A stretch of 64,000 nt of DNA from Candidatus Aminicenantes bacterium (lineage in GTDB: Bacteria; Acidobacteriota; Aminicenantia; Aminicenantales; Saccharicenantaceae). The position numbers and the translations under genes are program-made. Each line of letters begins with the position of its first letter. Positions within the stretch are counted from its first letter, which is position 1. Below are positions 19,919 through 29,819 of this stretch, piece after piece. The notes under the pieces are model-generated. The model saw nothing but the letters and a program-made list of their open reading frames with translations. It had not been told where the DNA came from and ran no database searches. Where the stretch lies: NCBI GenBank assembly GCA_963773685.1, contig CAVZBY010000005.1, forward strand, positions 72,709-136,708, read 5' to 3'.

Positions 19919-20815
19919 ATGACCAACGAAAAACAACGAACTGTCGGCCTCCAAGCGCCCGAGCCGACGGACGATTCCCCGCGGCAGGGCCCGCCGGCCT
20001 TCGCCGCCGTCGATATCGTCCTCGGAGCCTATCACGGCGCTTTGAATCCCGATATCGACGCGCCCGCGTTCCGCTCCGCCCTGGCCCACCCTGCGGCCCT
20101 CGCTGAAGGCCCTTCCGCCCGCGTCCTCCTCGACCGGCGCAATCTCGTGGCGGTCGCCTCCGTCCCCGCCGGGCCCTCCGGCCGCGCCGACGCCGTCGTC
20201 AAGATGTTCCGCGTCTCGGGCTTCAAGCGTCTCAAAACGCTCCTCGTCCCCGGCAAGGCCGCCCGCGCCTGGCGCGGGGCCTTAGCCTGCCGCGCCCGCG
20301 CGGTCCCGACGCCCCTCCCCATGGCCTACCTCGAGCGCCGCGTCCGCGGCTTCGTCGTCGAGGGCTTCTACCTTTCCGCCTACCTTCCCGACGCCGTCGA
20401 GATCCGGTCGCTTCTCCGCGAGCTTCCGCCCGACGATCTCGGCCGGCTCCTCGCCGGGCTGGCGAAGTTCCTCGTCTTCTGCCATAACGAGGGGATCCTC
20501 CACCGCGATCTCTCGGACGGGAATATCCTCGTCCGCTCGCCCCGGCCGGGCGCCTACGACCTCTGGCTCATCGATACGAACCGCATCCGCGTCCGGCGCT
20601 CGATCCCCGTCCTCGTCCGTCTCCGGAACCTCGTCCGGCTGGGCGTCCCCGCCGCCTACCAGGACCTTTTCCTCCGCTGTTACCTCGGCGACAGCCGCGC
20701 CTCCCGGGCCCTCTTCCTCTGGTACCGGGCGAACAAAGCCTGGTATTCCGGCGTCATCGCCCTCAAGAGGAAGCTCCGCCTGCGCCGTCTCGCCGAGCGC
20801 CTCGGGATCCAGTGA
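19919..20815 (+). CDS. lipopolysaccharide kinase family protein (Kdo/WaaP/InaA-like)
   Basis: 298 aa with the kinase catalytic loop ILHRDLSDGNILV and LWLIDTNR; sits in an LPS-core gene context. Confidence 0.7.
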   Translation: MTNEKQRTVGLQAPEPTDDSPRQGPPAFAAVDIVLGAYHGALNPDIDAPAFRSALAHPAALAEGPSARVLLDRRNLVAVASVPAGPSGRADAVVKMFRVSGFKRLKTLLVPGKAARAWRGALACRARAVPTPLPMAYLERRVRGFVVEGFYLSAYLPDAVEIRSLLRELPPDDLGRLLAGLAKFLVFCHNEGILHRDLSDGNILVRSPRPGAYDLWLIDTNRIRVRRSIPVLVRLRNLVRLGVPAAYQDLFLRCYLGDSRASRALFLWYRANKAWYSGVIALKRKLRLRRLAERLGIQ

Positions 20816-20816
20816 C

Positions 20817-22175
20817 ATGAGCTTCCCGTTCGAGTGGAACCCTCTGGCCGATCAGCCGCACAACGTCGCCCCGCGGTCCGAGCGCTTCCGCCATCACCTT
20901 CGCCATGCCGGAAGCTATTTCGAGATCGCCGGCGCAAACCTCCGCCGCCTCGGACCCGGCCTGCTCCGCTACCGCCGCGCGATGAAGCGCCTCTATCGCG
21001 AGCCGGTCGCCATTCCGCCCGGCGCCTTCGGCTGTGCCGTCTCGCCCGCGCCCGTCCCGGGCTCCGTCCCCGGCCGCGCGCCCACCGCCGCCGGCGACGC
21101 CCAGGTCCTCGACTTGTTCGGCGAGACCGGAGCCTCGCGGGCCCTCGTCCGCCTCGCCTCATGGGAGCGCCGGGACGGAGACCTCGCCGCCCGCGAGGCC
21201 TTCGTCCGCGGCCTCCGCGCCCGGGGGGTCGATGTCATTCTCGCGCTCCTCCAGCGCCGCGCCGACGTCCTCGACCCCGGCTCCTGGCGCGCCTTCCTCG
21301 AGGAGGCGTTCGGTCGCTTCGCCCCCCTCGTCTCGGCGTTCGAGATCGGCCACGCCTGGAACCGGACGAAGTGGGGGGTCTGGGACCATCGGGAATACCT
21401 AGGCCTTGCCGCGCCCGCCTTCGAGCTGGCCCCGCGGTTCGGCGTGAAGCTCGCCGGCCCGGCCGTCATCGACTTCGAGTTCCATCTTTACGCCGTGACC
21501 CTGCCGCGACTGCCGTTCGACGCCGTGACCTCGCTTCTCTACGTCGACCGGATGGGCGCGCCCGAGAACGGTCAGTGCGGCTGGACCGCGGAGAAGAAGC
21601 TGGCCCTGCTCAAGGCCGCCGTGGACACCACGGCGCGCCCCGGGGCGGGGCGGGGCCTCTGGATCACCGAGGTCAACTGGCCCCTCGCCGGCACGGGCGC
21701 GTTCTCTCCGGCCGCGGGCAGGCCCAACGTCGGCGAGGACGAACAGGCCGATTTCCTCGTCCGCTATTATGTTCCCTGCCTGGCCTCGGGCCACGCCGAA
21801 CGCGTCTATTGGTGGCAGCTCGTCGCGCCCGGCTACGGCCTCGTAGACGATCGCGAGAGCCCCTGGCGGCGGCGCCCGGCCTTCCGCGCCTTCGCGGAAC
21901 TCCGCCGCCGGCTCGAAGGAAGCGTTTTCGAAGGGCGCGGGACGGACAGGGGCGGCGCGGCGGAGGCGTCAGGCATCGAGGTCTTCCGCTTCCGCGGAGA
22001 AGGGGGAGCCTTCGCGATCTGCTGGGCGCCCGGCGGGGGGCCCGCCGAGCTCGTCCCGACGGCGCCGGTCGCCGCCGTGTTGGATCGCGAAGGCCGCGAG
22101 ATCCCCGGCGCTTCCGCGGCGCCTCGCAAGATCGTCGTCGACGGGAGCCCGAAATATGTCCTCTTCGAAGAATAG
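20817..22175 (+). CDS. hypothetical protein, possibly a TIM-barrel glycoside-hydrolase-like fold
   Basis: 452 aa with coding-like composition. LWITEVNWP resembles a GH clan-A nucleophile strand, but no NEP acid/base motif was seen. Confidence 0.55.
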   Translation: MSFPFEWNPLADQPHNVAPRSERFRHHLRHAGSYFEIAGANLRRLGPGLLRYRRAMKRLYREPVAIPPGAFGCAVSPAPVPGSVPGRAPTAAGDAQVLDLFGETGASRALVRLASWERRDGDLAAREAFVRGLRARGVDVILALLQRRADVLDPGSWRAFLEEAFGRFAPLVSAFEIGHAWNRTKWGVWDHREYLGLAAPAFELAPRFGVKLAGPAVIDFEFHLYAVTLPRLPFDAVTSLLYVDRMGAPENGQCGWTAEKKLALLKAAVDTTARPGAGRGLWITEVNWPLAGTGAFSPAAGRPNVGEDEQADFLVRYYVPCLASGHAERVYWWQLVAPGYGLVDDRESPWRRRPAFRAFAELRRRLEGSVFEGRGTDRGGAAEASGIEVFRFRGEGGAFAICWAPGGGPAELVPTAPVAAVLDREGREIPGASAAPRKIVVDGSPKYVLFEE

Positions 22176-22866
22176 AACCTCGTCCCCGAAGCCCTTCGAC
22201 CGCCCCGGCGTCGCCGATTACGAGAGGCGCCGGTACAGGGGCCTCGATCAGAAGCTCGTGGATCTCCGCGAACGGCGTCTCCTGCGCCGCGCGTTCGCCC
22301 GGCTCCGGGCCTTGGATCCCGACGCCTGGGCCGCCCCGGTCGGACCCCTCGTCCTCGACGCGCCCTGCGGCTACGGCCGGTTCACCGGGCTCATCCTCGG
22401 GGAGGGCGCCCGGCTCGTTTCTGCCGACCTCGCCCGTCCGATGATCGAGCGCGCCCTCGAAGAACGGGACCGCGCCCGTCATCTCGGCGGGGCCGCGGCG
22501 GACCTGCGCGGCGGACTCCCGTTCAAGTCCGCCGCCTTCGGCTACGTCTTCTCGATGCGCCTTTTCCATCACCTTCATCTCCCCGAGGACCGGCGCGCCG
22601 TCCTTCGGGAGCTTGCCCGCGTCGCGTCGGGCGGCGTGATCATGTCCTTCTACCGGTTCCGAGGCCTGCACGCCCTCCAGCGCCGCCTCCGCCGCCTTCT
22701 CAAGCCGAGCCGCCGCGACATCAGGATGATGGCGGAGGAGACCTTCGAGCGCGAAGCCGCCGAAGCCGGTTTCGTCGTCGACAGGACCTATCCGCTCTTC
22801 CGCGGCATACATGCCCAGCATATCGTTATCCTGAGGAGGGGGTCAGGCCCTTACAAAAAAAAATAA
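22156..22866 (+). CDS. class I SAM-dependent methyltransferase
   Basis: 236 aa with LVLDAPCGYGRFTG (motif I). It overlaps the previous gene by 20 nt. The last codons (GSGPYKKK*) are encoded by a palindromic element. Confidence 0.8.
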   Translation: MSSSKNRTSSPKPFDRPGVADYERRRYRGLDQKLVDLRERRLLRRAFARLRALDPDAWAAPVGPLVLDAPCGYGRFTGLILGEGARLVSADLARPMIERALEERDRARHLGGAAADLRGGLPFKSAAFGYVFSMRLFHHLHLPEDRRAVLRELARVASGGVIMSFYRFRGLHALQRRLRRLLKPSRRDIRMMAEETFEREAAEAGFVVDRTYPLFRGIHAQHIVILRRGSGPYKKK

Positions 22867-22886
22867 ATCTTAGGACCTGACCCCTC
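22836..22886. repeat. GGGGTCAGG/CCTGACCCC palindromic element (long form)
   Basis: gagggggtcaggccctta-caaaaaaaaataaatc-ttaggacctgacccctc. Confidence 0.8.
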
Positions 22887-22910
22887 TTGTTCTATACTAA
22901 AGAGAGGACC

Positions 22911-24143
22911 ATGAAACGCTCGATCATCGGCTTTCTGGTTATCGCCGTCTTGTCGACGACAGCCGGGCTTCCCGCCGTGGCCCAGGAAAAGCCCTCTCCG
23001 ACCTTCAAGATCCTGGTCACCGCGGAGCAGGCCAACATCCGGGATACACCCGACATCGGGAGCCCCATCGTCCAACAGCTCCCCGAGGGCTCCATCCTCG
23101 AAGCCGAGAAGAAGCAGGGCGAATGGTATCTCGTCCGGTTCACCCGCGACGACGGACTTGCCGCCCGTGGCTACATTCATGAAAGCCTGGTCCGGGAACT
23201 CGAGGCCGTGCCGGCCATGCCCGTCGAAGAGGTCCGGCGGGAGCCGGTGAAGAAGGTCGAGGAGAAGCCCGAGCCCGCCGCCGTCGCGCCCGCGCGCCGG
23301 GAACCCGAGCGCGCCGAGGACCGTCCCGAGCCGCCGCGCCCCGCGCCCCGGCGCGTCTCCGCCGCGCTCCCCGAGGCCAAGACCTTCGGGTTCTCGCTCC
23401 TCACCGGCGCCAATTTCGCGGCGGTCGGCGACCTCAACACCGGCGCCCGGGGCCTGGCGGACTATTATCGGGCAGCGCTGGGCATCACCGAAACGGGCGG
23501 CGTCGGGGGACTCCATCTGACCTATATCCTGGGGGCCGAGATCTCCTACAGCCTGATGCCCGGGCTCTTCGCGACGCTCGGCCTGGACTATTTCTCCGGG
23601 AGACGCTCGAGCCTCCTGGAGTTCGCCTCCGGACCCGCCGCCGACTCTCTCCTGACGCGCCCGCGCATCCAGGCCCTCCCCGTCAAGCTCGGGCTGGCCT
23701 ATTACCCCGTTCCCTATCTTTACCTCAAGGGCGGGCTCCAGTATTACTTCGTCTCGGTCAACTATCTCTACCGCTACGAGAAGTCCCTCTTCTGGCAGGA
23801 GTGGCAGGGCGACGCCCAGGCCCGCGGGATCGGGGCGTCGGTCGGGGCGGGCGGGGAGTATGAGCTCTATCCGGGCCTCTTCCTCGTCGGCGAGGCCGAG
23901 TTCCGGTTCGCCCGCTTCGGGGGCTTTACCGGCAAGGACATCACGATCAACTCCGAGGGCGAATCCTACACGGAACAGGGGACCCTCACCTATTTCCTGG
24001 CCGAGGTCGCCGGCCAGGGCGGCTATCCGCTCGTCTTCATCCGCGGCGACCTCCCGTCCGGGCCCGGCGTGAGCGAGGCCCGCGAGGCGCGCGTCAACCT
24101 CAACGGCATGTCGCTCAAGTTCGGGATCCGCGTCCGGTTCTGA
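22911..24143 (+). CDS. secreted SH3b-domain protein with a C-terminal outer-membrane beta-barrel
   Basis: The ATG at 22911 follows the RBS agagagga. Signal peptide MKRSIIGFLVIAVLSTTAGLPAVAQ, an SH3b-like region (ANIRDTPDIGSPIVQQLPEGSILEA...GEWYLV), a Pro/Glu-rich linker, alternating beta-strands and a terminal F. Confidence 0.7.
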   Translation: MKRSIIGFLVIAVLSTTAGLPAVAQEKPSPTFKILVTAEQANIRDTPDIGSPIVQQLPEGSILEAEKKQGEWYLVRFTRDDGLAARGYIHESLVRELEAVPAMPVEEVRREPVKKVEEKPEPAAVAPARREPERAEDRPEPPRPAPRRVSAALPEAKTFGFSLLTGANFAAVGDLNTGARGLADYYRAALGITETGGVGGLHLTYILGAEISYSLMPGLFATLGLDYFSGRRSSLLEFASGPAADSLLTRPRIQALPVKLGLAYYPVPYLYLKGGLQYYFVSVNYLYRYEKSLFWQEWQGDAQARGIGASVGAGGEYELYPGLFLVGEAEFRFARFGGFTGKDITINSEGESYTEQGTLTYFLAEVAGQGGYPLVFIRGDLPSGPGVSEAREARVNLNGMSLKFGIRVRF

Positions 24144-24174
24144 CCTGCGTCCCGGAAGAGCCGAGGGACGCAGG
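24144..24174 (+). terminator. stem-loop directly after the OMP gene stop (no U-tract)
   Basis: CCTGCGTCCC-N11-GGGACGCAGG, a perfect 10-bp stem. The right arm is shared with the REP at 24167-24192. Confidence 0.35.
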
Positions 24175-24192
24175 CTGAAGCCTGCGGCTACA
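24167..24192 (-). repeat. REP element
   Basis: gac-GCAGGC-TGAA-GCCTGC-GGCTACa. Confidence 0.8.
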
Positions 24193-24312
24193 GGAAGAAG
24201 ATCGCGTTTGGCTGTCGGCGACGCCTGGGGCTCCAGCTAACGATGTCCCCGGATCCTTCGCAGTCGATCTCTGCCGCTTGACGCAGGCCGCCGATGGGCG
24301 GAGAACGCAGGC

Positions 24313-27300
24313 TTACTCGTACTCCGCCCAATGGCGGATCTTGAGGTCGCCGACCTTCCGGGCCGCGAGCGCGGCCGCGAACAGCTCTGCGATCTGGAGG
24401 TTGGTCAGGAGGGGCACGGCGAAATCCACCGCCATCCGCCGCATCCGGTAGTCGCTGTCGAACTCGCGCTTCCGGTCGGGATCCGGGACGGAGATGACGA
24501 AGTCGACGGCGCGGCGGGCGATCAGGTCGCGGATGTTGGGCTCCTTGGTCTCGTGGACCTTGAAGACCCGCGTGTTGGGGACGCCGTTCTTCCTGAGGAA
24601 GGCGCTCGTCCTCTCCGTCGCGTACAGGGCCAGTCCCATGTCCCGGAGCCGCTCCGCCGACCGCAGGAACCGGTGCTTGGACTCTTCGCCGCCGATGCTG
24701 ACCAGGATGGACCGCTCCGGCAGGCTGAACCCGGCCGAGATGAGCGCCTTGAGGAAGGCCTCGTGAACGTCCTCGCCCAGGCAGGCGACCTCGCCCGTCG
24801 AGGCCATCTCGACGCCCAGGGCCGGATCGGCGCCCTTGAGCCGGGAGAACGAGAACTGCGGCGCCTTGACCCCGACGTAGTTGAGGTCGAGTGTCGTCTT
24901 CCGGTTCCGGACCGGCGCGCCCATCATCGCCCGGACGGCGACGTCGATGAAGTTGGTCTTGGCGACCTTCGACACGAACGGGAACGACCGGGACGCCCGG
25001 AGGTTGCACTCGATGACCTTGAGGACGTTGTCCTTGGCGATGAACTGGATGTTGAACGGCCCGGTGATTTCGAGGGCCTTGGCGATGCGGCCGCCGATCC
25101 CGCGGATGCGGCGGATGGTCTCGATGTAGAGCTTCTGCGGCGGCAGGACCATCGTCGCGTCGCCGGAGTGAACGCCGGCGTTCTCGATGTGCTCGACGAT
25201 GGCCGAGGCGACGACCTCGCCCCGGTCGGCGACGGCGTCCATCTCGATCTCCTTGCCGTTGAGGATGAACTTCGAGATGACGACCGGGTACTCGGGAGAG
25301 ACGAGCGACGCCTTCTTCAGGTATCGCTCGAGGTCCCGCCCGTTGAAGACGATGGTCATCGCGGCGCCGCTCAGGACGTAGGAGGGCCGGATGAGGACGG
25401 GGTAGCCGATGGACCGGGCGAAGGTCCCGGCCTCGGCGACGCTCCGGAGCTCCTTCCATTCCGGCTGGTCGACGCCCAGCTCGTCCAGGAGCTTCGAGAA
25501 CTTGTAGCGGTTCTCGGCCCGGTCGATGCTCTCCGGCGCCGTCCCCAGGACGCGGAGACCCGCCCGCCGGCATTTCATGGCGATGTTGTTCGGGATCTGC
25601 CCGCCCATCGCCAGCAGGACGCCGCGCGGGTCCTCGCGCTCGTAGATGTCGCAGACGCGCTCGAAGCTCAGCTCGTCGAAGTACAGCCGGTCGCAGATGT
25701 CGTAGTCGGTCGACACGGTCTCCGGGTTGTAGTTGACCATGACGGTCGTCGCGCCCATCCGCCGGAGGGCCTCGGCGGCGTTGACGCAGCACCAGTCGAA
25801 CTCGACCGACGAGCCGATGCTGTAGGAGCCCGAGCCGAGGACCATGACCTTGTTCTTGTCCGGCCGGAAGGCGACGTCGTCCGTGTCGCCCCCGTACGTC
25901 ATATAGAGGTAATTGGTCTTCGCGGGGTACTCGGCGGCCAGGGTGTCGATCTGCTTGACGCACGGCACGATGCCGGCCCGCTTCCGCGCCCGGCGCACCG
26001 CCGCCTCGTTCGAGCGGACGCAGAGGGCGACCTGCTTGTCGGAGAACCCCTTCCGCTTGGCCTCGCGGAGGAGCTCCGCGGGGAGCGTCGCCAGCCGGTG
26101 CTCCTTGAGCTTCGCCTCGACGGCCACGACCGACTTGATCTTATGGAGGAACCAGCGGTCGATCCGCGTCAGCTCGTGGACCCGGTCGACCGACCAGCCC
26201 TTGGCGAACGCCTCGGCGATGCCGAACAGCCGCTCGTCGGTCGGATGGCGCAGCTCCCGCTCGAGGCTGGCGAACGAGTAATTGGCGTTGGCGACGAGGC
26301 CGTACACGCCGATCTGGAGCATCCGGGCGGCCTTCTGGACCGCTTCCTCGAACGAGCGGCCGACGGCCATGACCTCGCCGACCGATTTCATCTCCGAGCC
26401 GATCTTCTTCGACACCCGGCCGAACTTCTTGAGGTCCCAGCGCGGGATCTTGACGACGAGGTAATCGAGGGCCGGCTCGAAGCAGGCCGTCGTGGCCCGG
26501 GTGATGGAGTTCCGGAGCTCCGGCAGGGTCCGGCCGAGGATGAGCTTGGCCGCGACGAAGGCCAGCGGATAGCCCGTCGCCTTCGAGGCCAGGGCCGAGC
26601 TCCGCGACAGGCGCGCGTTGACCTCGATGATGCGGTAGTCGCCGTCGGCCGGGTTCAGGGCGTACTGGATGTTGCACTCGCCGACGATGCCGAGGTGGCG
26701 GACGGCCCGGATGGCGATCTCGCGGAGGCCGTGGTACTCGGCGTTGGTCAGCGTCTGCGACGGGGCGATGACGATGCTCTCGCCCGTGTGGATGCCCATG
26801 GGGTCGAAGTTCTCCATGTTGCAGACCGTGACGCAGTTGTCGGCCCGGTCGCGGACGACCTCGTATTCGATCTCCTTCCAGCCCTCCAGGTACTCCTCGA
26901 CGAGGACCTGGCCCGCGCCGACGAAGGCCCGTTCGAGCGCCTCGCGGAGCTCCTTCGGGTCGTGGGAGATGCCGCTGCCCTTGCCGCCCAGGGCATAGGC
27001 CGCCCGGGCCATCACCGGATAGCCGATCTTCTCGGCGGCCTTCAGTCCCTCGTCGATGCTCCCGACGGCGACGCCCGCGCGGCGTCTTGAGGCCGATCTC
27101 GGCCAGGGCCCGGTTGAAGAGCTCCCGGTCCTCGGTCTTCTCGACGGCCTCCATCGGCGTCCCGAGCACCCGCGTCCCGGCGCGGGATAGGGTCCCGGAC
27201 CTCCACAGGGCGAGACCGCAATTGAGGGCGGTCTGGCCGCCGAACGATACGACGATGCCGTCCGGCCGCTCCCGCTCGATGATCCGGGCGACGAAATACG

Positions 27301-27556
27301 GCGTCACGGGCAGGAAGTAGATGCGGTCGGCCAGCGATTCGGAGGTCTGGATGGTCGCGATGTTCGGGTTGACCAGGACGACCTCGAGGCCCTCCTCCTT
27401 GAAGGCCTTGATGGCCTGGCTCCCGGAGTAGTCGAATTCTCCGGCCTCGCCGATCTTCAGGGCGCCGCTCCCGAGGATGAGGACCTTCCGGGGGGCCGGC
27501 GCCGGGGAGCCGGCGGGCTTGGAGGTCTTTCGCGTCTTCGTCCTGCGCGCGGTCAC
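24313..27556 (-). CDS. carB: carbamoyl-phosphate synthase large subunit, interrupted by a frameshift near 27074-27077
   Basis: The GTG start at 27556 overlaps the carA stop (GTGA). N-terminus ...[26 protein letters not shown]... is read in the frame of ORF 26141-27940. The remaining 900 aa are in ORF 24313-27015. The junction reads [35 protein letters not shown] after removing 1 nt; the total is about 1081 codons. Confidence 0.95.
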
Positions 27557-28617
27557 GGCAGGGCCTCCAGGAAGCGATCGAAGAGGAACGCGGTGTCGGT
27601 CGGCCCCGGGCAGGCTTCGGGGTGGAACTGGACGCCGGCGAAGGGCTTCCGGCCGTGGCGGACGCCCTCGTTCGTCCCGTCGTTGGCGTTCGTGAACCAG
27701 GGCCGCCAGCCCCGCGGGAGCGTCCGCGTATCCACGGCATAGCCGTGGTTCTGGCTCGTGATGTAACAGCGCTCGGTTCCGTCCTCGAGGCACGGCTGGT
27801 TCTGGGAGCGGTGGCCGAACTTGAGCTTGAACGTGTCGCCTCCCGCGGCCAGGGCGAGGATCTGGCTGCCCAGGCAGATACCGAAGAGAGGGACGTTCGC
27901 GCGCATGAGCCGGCGGACCGTGCGGATGACCTCGACGCATCGTTTGGGGTCGCCCGGGCCGTTCGACAGCACGACGCCGCGGGGGGCGAACGACATGATC
28001 TTGGCGAACGGGGTCGAGGCCGGGACGCGGACGACGCAGGCATCCCGCCGGACGAGGCTCCGGACGATATTCTCCTTGGCGCCGCAGTCGAGGAGGACCA
28101 CGGCCTTCGGGGAGTCGGGGTTGAGGATGTGGATGTCGCGGGTGGTGACTTCGGCCACGAGGTCCCGCTTGTTCGGATCGGGGAGGGCCCGCGCTTCGCG
28201 CAGGAAGGGGGCGACCCGGAACGGGGCGTCGGCGACGGCCAGAACCCCGGGCATGACGCCGTGAACGCGGAGCTTCTTCGTCAGGGCCCGGGTATCGATG
28301 CCCTCGATGCCGGGGACCCCGGATTCGCGGAGCCAGGCGTCAAGGGTCTTGCGCGAGGTGGCGTGCGACGGCCTTTCGCAGAGCTCGGCGACGGCGTAGC
28401 CGGCGATCTGCGGCCGCGGGGACTCGAAGCTCGCCGGGTCGACGCCGTAGTTCCCGATCTGGGGGTAGGTCTGGACGAGGAGCTGGCCGCGATAGGAAGG
28501 GTCGGTGATGGACTCGGGGTAGCCGACCATGCCCGTATTGAAAACGACTTCCCCCCAGGCTTTGGCGCTCGCGCCGAATCCCCGGCCTTCGAAGACGGTC
28601 CCGTCCGCGAGGGCCAA
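27553..28617 (-). CDS. carA: carbamoyl-phosphate synthase small subunit (glutamine amidotransferase)
   Basis: 354 aa: [13 protein letters not shown]..., the GATase triad region [10 protein letters not shown], and HGYAV. The only start available after the in-frame stop is TTG, ATT or ACG. Confidence 0.93.
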   Translation of the reverse strand: MALADGTVFEGRGFGASAKAWGEVVFNTGMVGYPESITDPSYRGQLLVQTYPQIGNYGVDPASFESPRPQIAGYAVAELCERPSHATSRKTLDAWLRESGVPGIEGIDTRALTKKLRVHGVMPGVLAVADAPFRVAPFLREARALPDPNKRDLVAEVTTRDIHILNPDSPKAVVLLDCGAKENIVRSLVRRDACVVRVPASTPFAKIMSFAPRGVVLSNGPGDPKRCVEVIRTVRRLMRANVPLFGICLGSQILALAAGGDTFKLKFGHRSQNQPCLEDGTERCYITSQNHGYAVDTRTLPRGWRPWFTNANDGTNEGVRHGRKPFAGVQFHPEACPGPTDTAFLFDRFLEALP

Positions 28618-28676
28618 AATCGCGTGTTTCGTGGGCTACTCCAATGCGAAGAGTCGATGGAGTATAGCATAAAAGA

Positions 28677-28694
28677 GCGAGACAGGCGAGACGG
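28677..28694 (+). repeat. tandem 9-nt array (GCGAGAC-NN) x2
   Basis: GCGAGACag GCGAGACgg, upstream of carA. Confidence 0.7.
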
Positions 28695-28710
28695 GAGGGC
28701 CGGGGCGGAT

Positions 28711-28738
28711 TGTAGCCGCAAGCTAAAGCCCGAGGCTC
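28711..28738 (+). repeat. REP element (diverged hairpin)
   Basis: tGTAGCC-GCAAGC-TAAA-GCCCGAGGC. Confidence 0.6.
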
Positions 28739-28773
28739 AGCGCGGGGCTTGCTTTTCTTGAGGAGGCTTTTAC

Positions 28774-28807
28774 CTGGCTCGCGTCTCGCGAGTCTCGCTA
28801 GTCTTGC
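28774..28807 (-). repeat. tandem 9-nt array (GCGAGAC-NN), about 4 units, one shortened to 7 nt
   Basis: Plus strand reads ctGGCTCGC GTCTCGC gaGTCTCGC taGTCTTGC. It overlaps the stop and last codons of the DUF1573 gene. Confidence 0.7.
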
Positions 28808-29568
28808 TTGTCCAGCTCTTTCTCATACTTATCGAACAGGGCCTTGAGATCCTTCTTCGTGATGATGTAGCGGCTGATGTAGATCGAGAGCGAGGCGCGG
28901 ACAGGGTCGTTGGACTTGACGAGGATATAGTCCCGGAGCATCCCCGTCCGGCCGGGGGCCGGGAACCGGACCTCGAGCTCGACATCGCGGCCGGCCGCGA
29001 GGCTCATCGGGAATACGGCGGGCTTCCCTCCCGCGAAGAACTTGAAATCGGGGTGGGCGATCTCGATCTTGAGCTCGAGCTCGCCGACGCTTCGGACCCT
29101 GAACCGGGTGGACGTCGCCTCCCCTTCGAGGCTCAGCCCGAGGTCGGCGTTGTAGCGGTCGAGCTCGATCTTGGGCTGGGGCGGAACGTCGATCTCGGCC
29201 GTGACCTTGAGCTCCCGTCGCCGGCCCGAGGCGTCGTTCGACTCGACATAGACGTATTTGACGACGCTGCCCGCGTAACCTCGCGTGTCGAAGGAGGCCT
29301 TGATGCGGCCTTCCTTGCCCGGAGGGATCCGGTCCTCGGAAGCGAGCGCGGCCGTACAGCCGCACGACGTCGCCACGTTTTCGATGACGAGCGGCGCGTC
29401 GCCTTCGTTGACGAAGACGAACTCGTGGGCGAGAACCTCCCCCTGCTTGACCTTGCCGAAGTCCCAGGTCTCCTCCTTGAACTTCGCACGGGCTTCCTTG
29501 CCCGCGGCCGCCGCCCAGTTCCCGAGCAGAATTATGCCAGCCATCGCGATGATCGTGGTTCTTCTCAT
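28798..29568 (-). CDS. DUF1573 domain-containing secreted protein
   Basis: Start MRRTTIIAMAGIILL (ATG at 29568, RBS GGAGGA). The hallmark DUF1573 motif is FVFVNEGDAPLVIENVATSCGCTAA, followed by a second Ig-like repeat. Confidence 0.8.
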   Translation of the reverse strand: MRRTTIIAMAGIILLGNWAAAAGKEARAKFKEETWDFGKVKQGEVLAHEFVFVNEGDAPLVIENVATSCGCTAALASEDRIPPGKEGRIKASFDTRGYAGSVVKYVYVESNDASGRRRELKVTAEIDVPPQPKIELDRYNADLGLSLEGEATSTRFRVRSVGELELKIEIAHPDFKFFAGGKPAVFPMSLAAGRDVELEVRFPAPGRTGMLRDYILVKSNDPVRASLSIYISRYIITKKDLKALFDKYEKELDKQD

Positions 29569-29588
29569 GCCTTCCTCCGCCATCAGCC

Positions 29589-29617
29589 ATAATCGCATAC
29601 TTAGAAGGGCGAGACAA
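29589..29617 (-). promoter_or_regulatory. candidate sigma70-type promoter of the DUF1573 gene
   Basis: Minus strand: TTGTCT (29617-29612, part of the last 9-nt repeat unit), 17-nt spacer, GATTAT (29594-29589). Confidence 0.4.
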
Positions 29618-29644
29618 GCGAGGCTGGCGAGACAAGCGAGACTG
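29609..29644 (+). repeat. tandem 9-nt array (GCGAGAC-NN) x4
   Basis: GCGAGACaa GCGAGGCtg GCGAGACaa GCGAGACtg. Confidence 0.85.
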
Positions 29645-29736
29645 TAGAGGCGGCGCGAGAAAGATTCCCGATATCCGCCGTCTCTGATTATGAGCGGTGA
29701 ACATGAGGGTTGGCGCCTTATTGATGATCATAGCGC

Positions 29737-29754
29737 GTGTCTCGCTCGTCTCGC
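29737..29754 (-). repeat. tandem 9-nt array (GCGAGAC-NN) x2
   Basis: Plus strand reads gtGTCTCGC tcGTCTCGC. Confidence 0.7.
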
Positions 29755-29764
29755 ATCACATAGC

Positions 29765-29792
29765 TTGCGATTTCGCCGATTCTTGATATCAT
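29765..29792 (+). promoter_or_regulatory. candidate sigma70-type promoter of the usp gene
   Basis: TTGCGA (29765-29770), 16-nt spacer, TATCAT (29787-29792). The RBS GGAAGGAGG precedes the ATG at 29820. Confidence 0.4.
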
Positions 29793-29819
29793 AGGGGACC
29801 AGGTGGAAGGAGGGACCCA

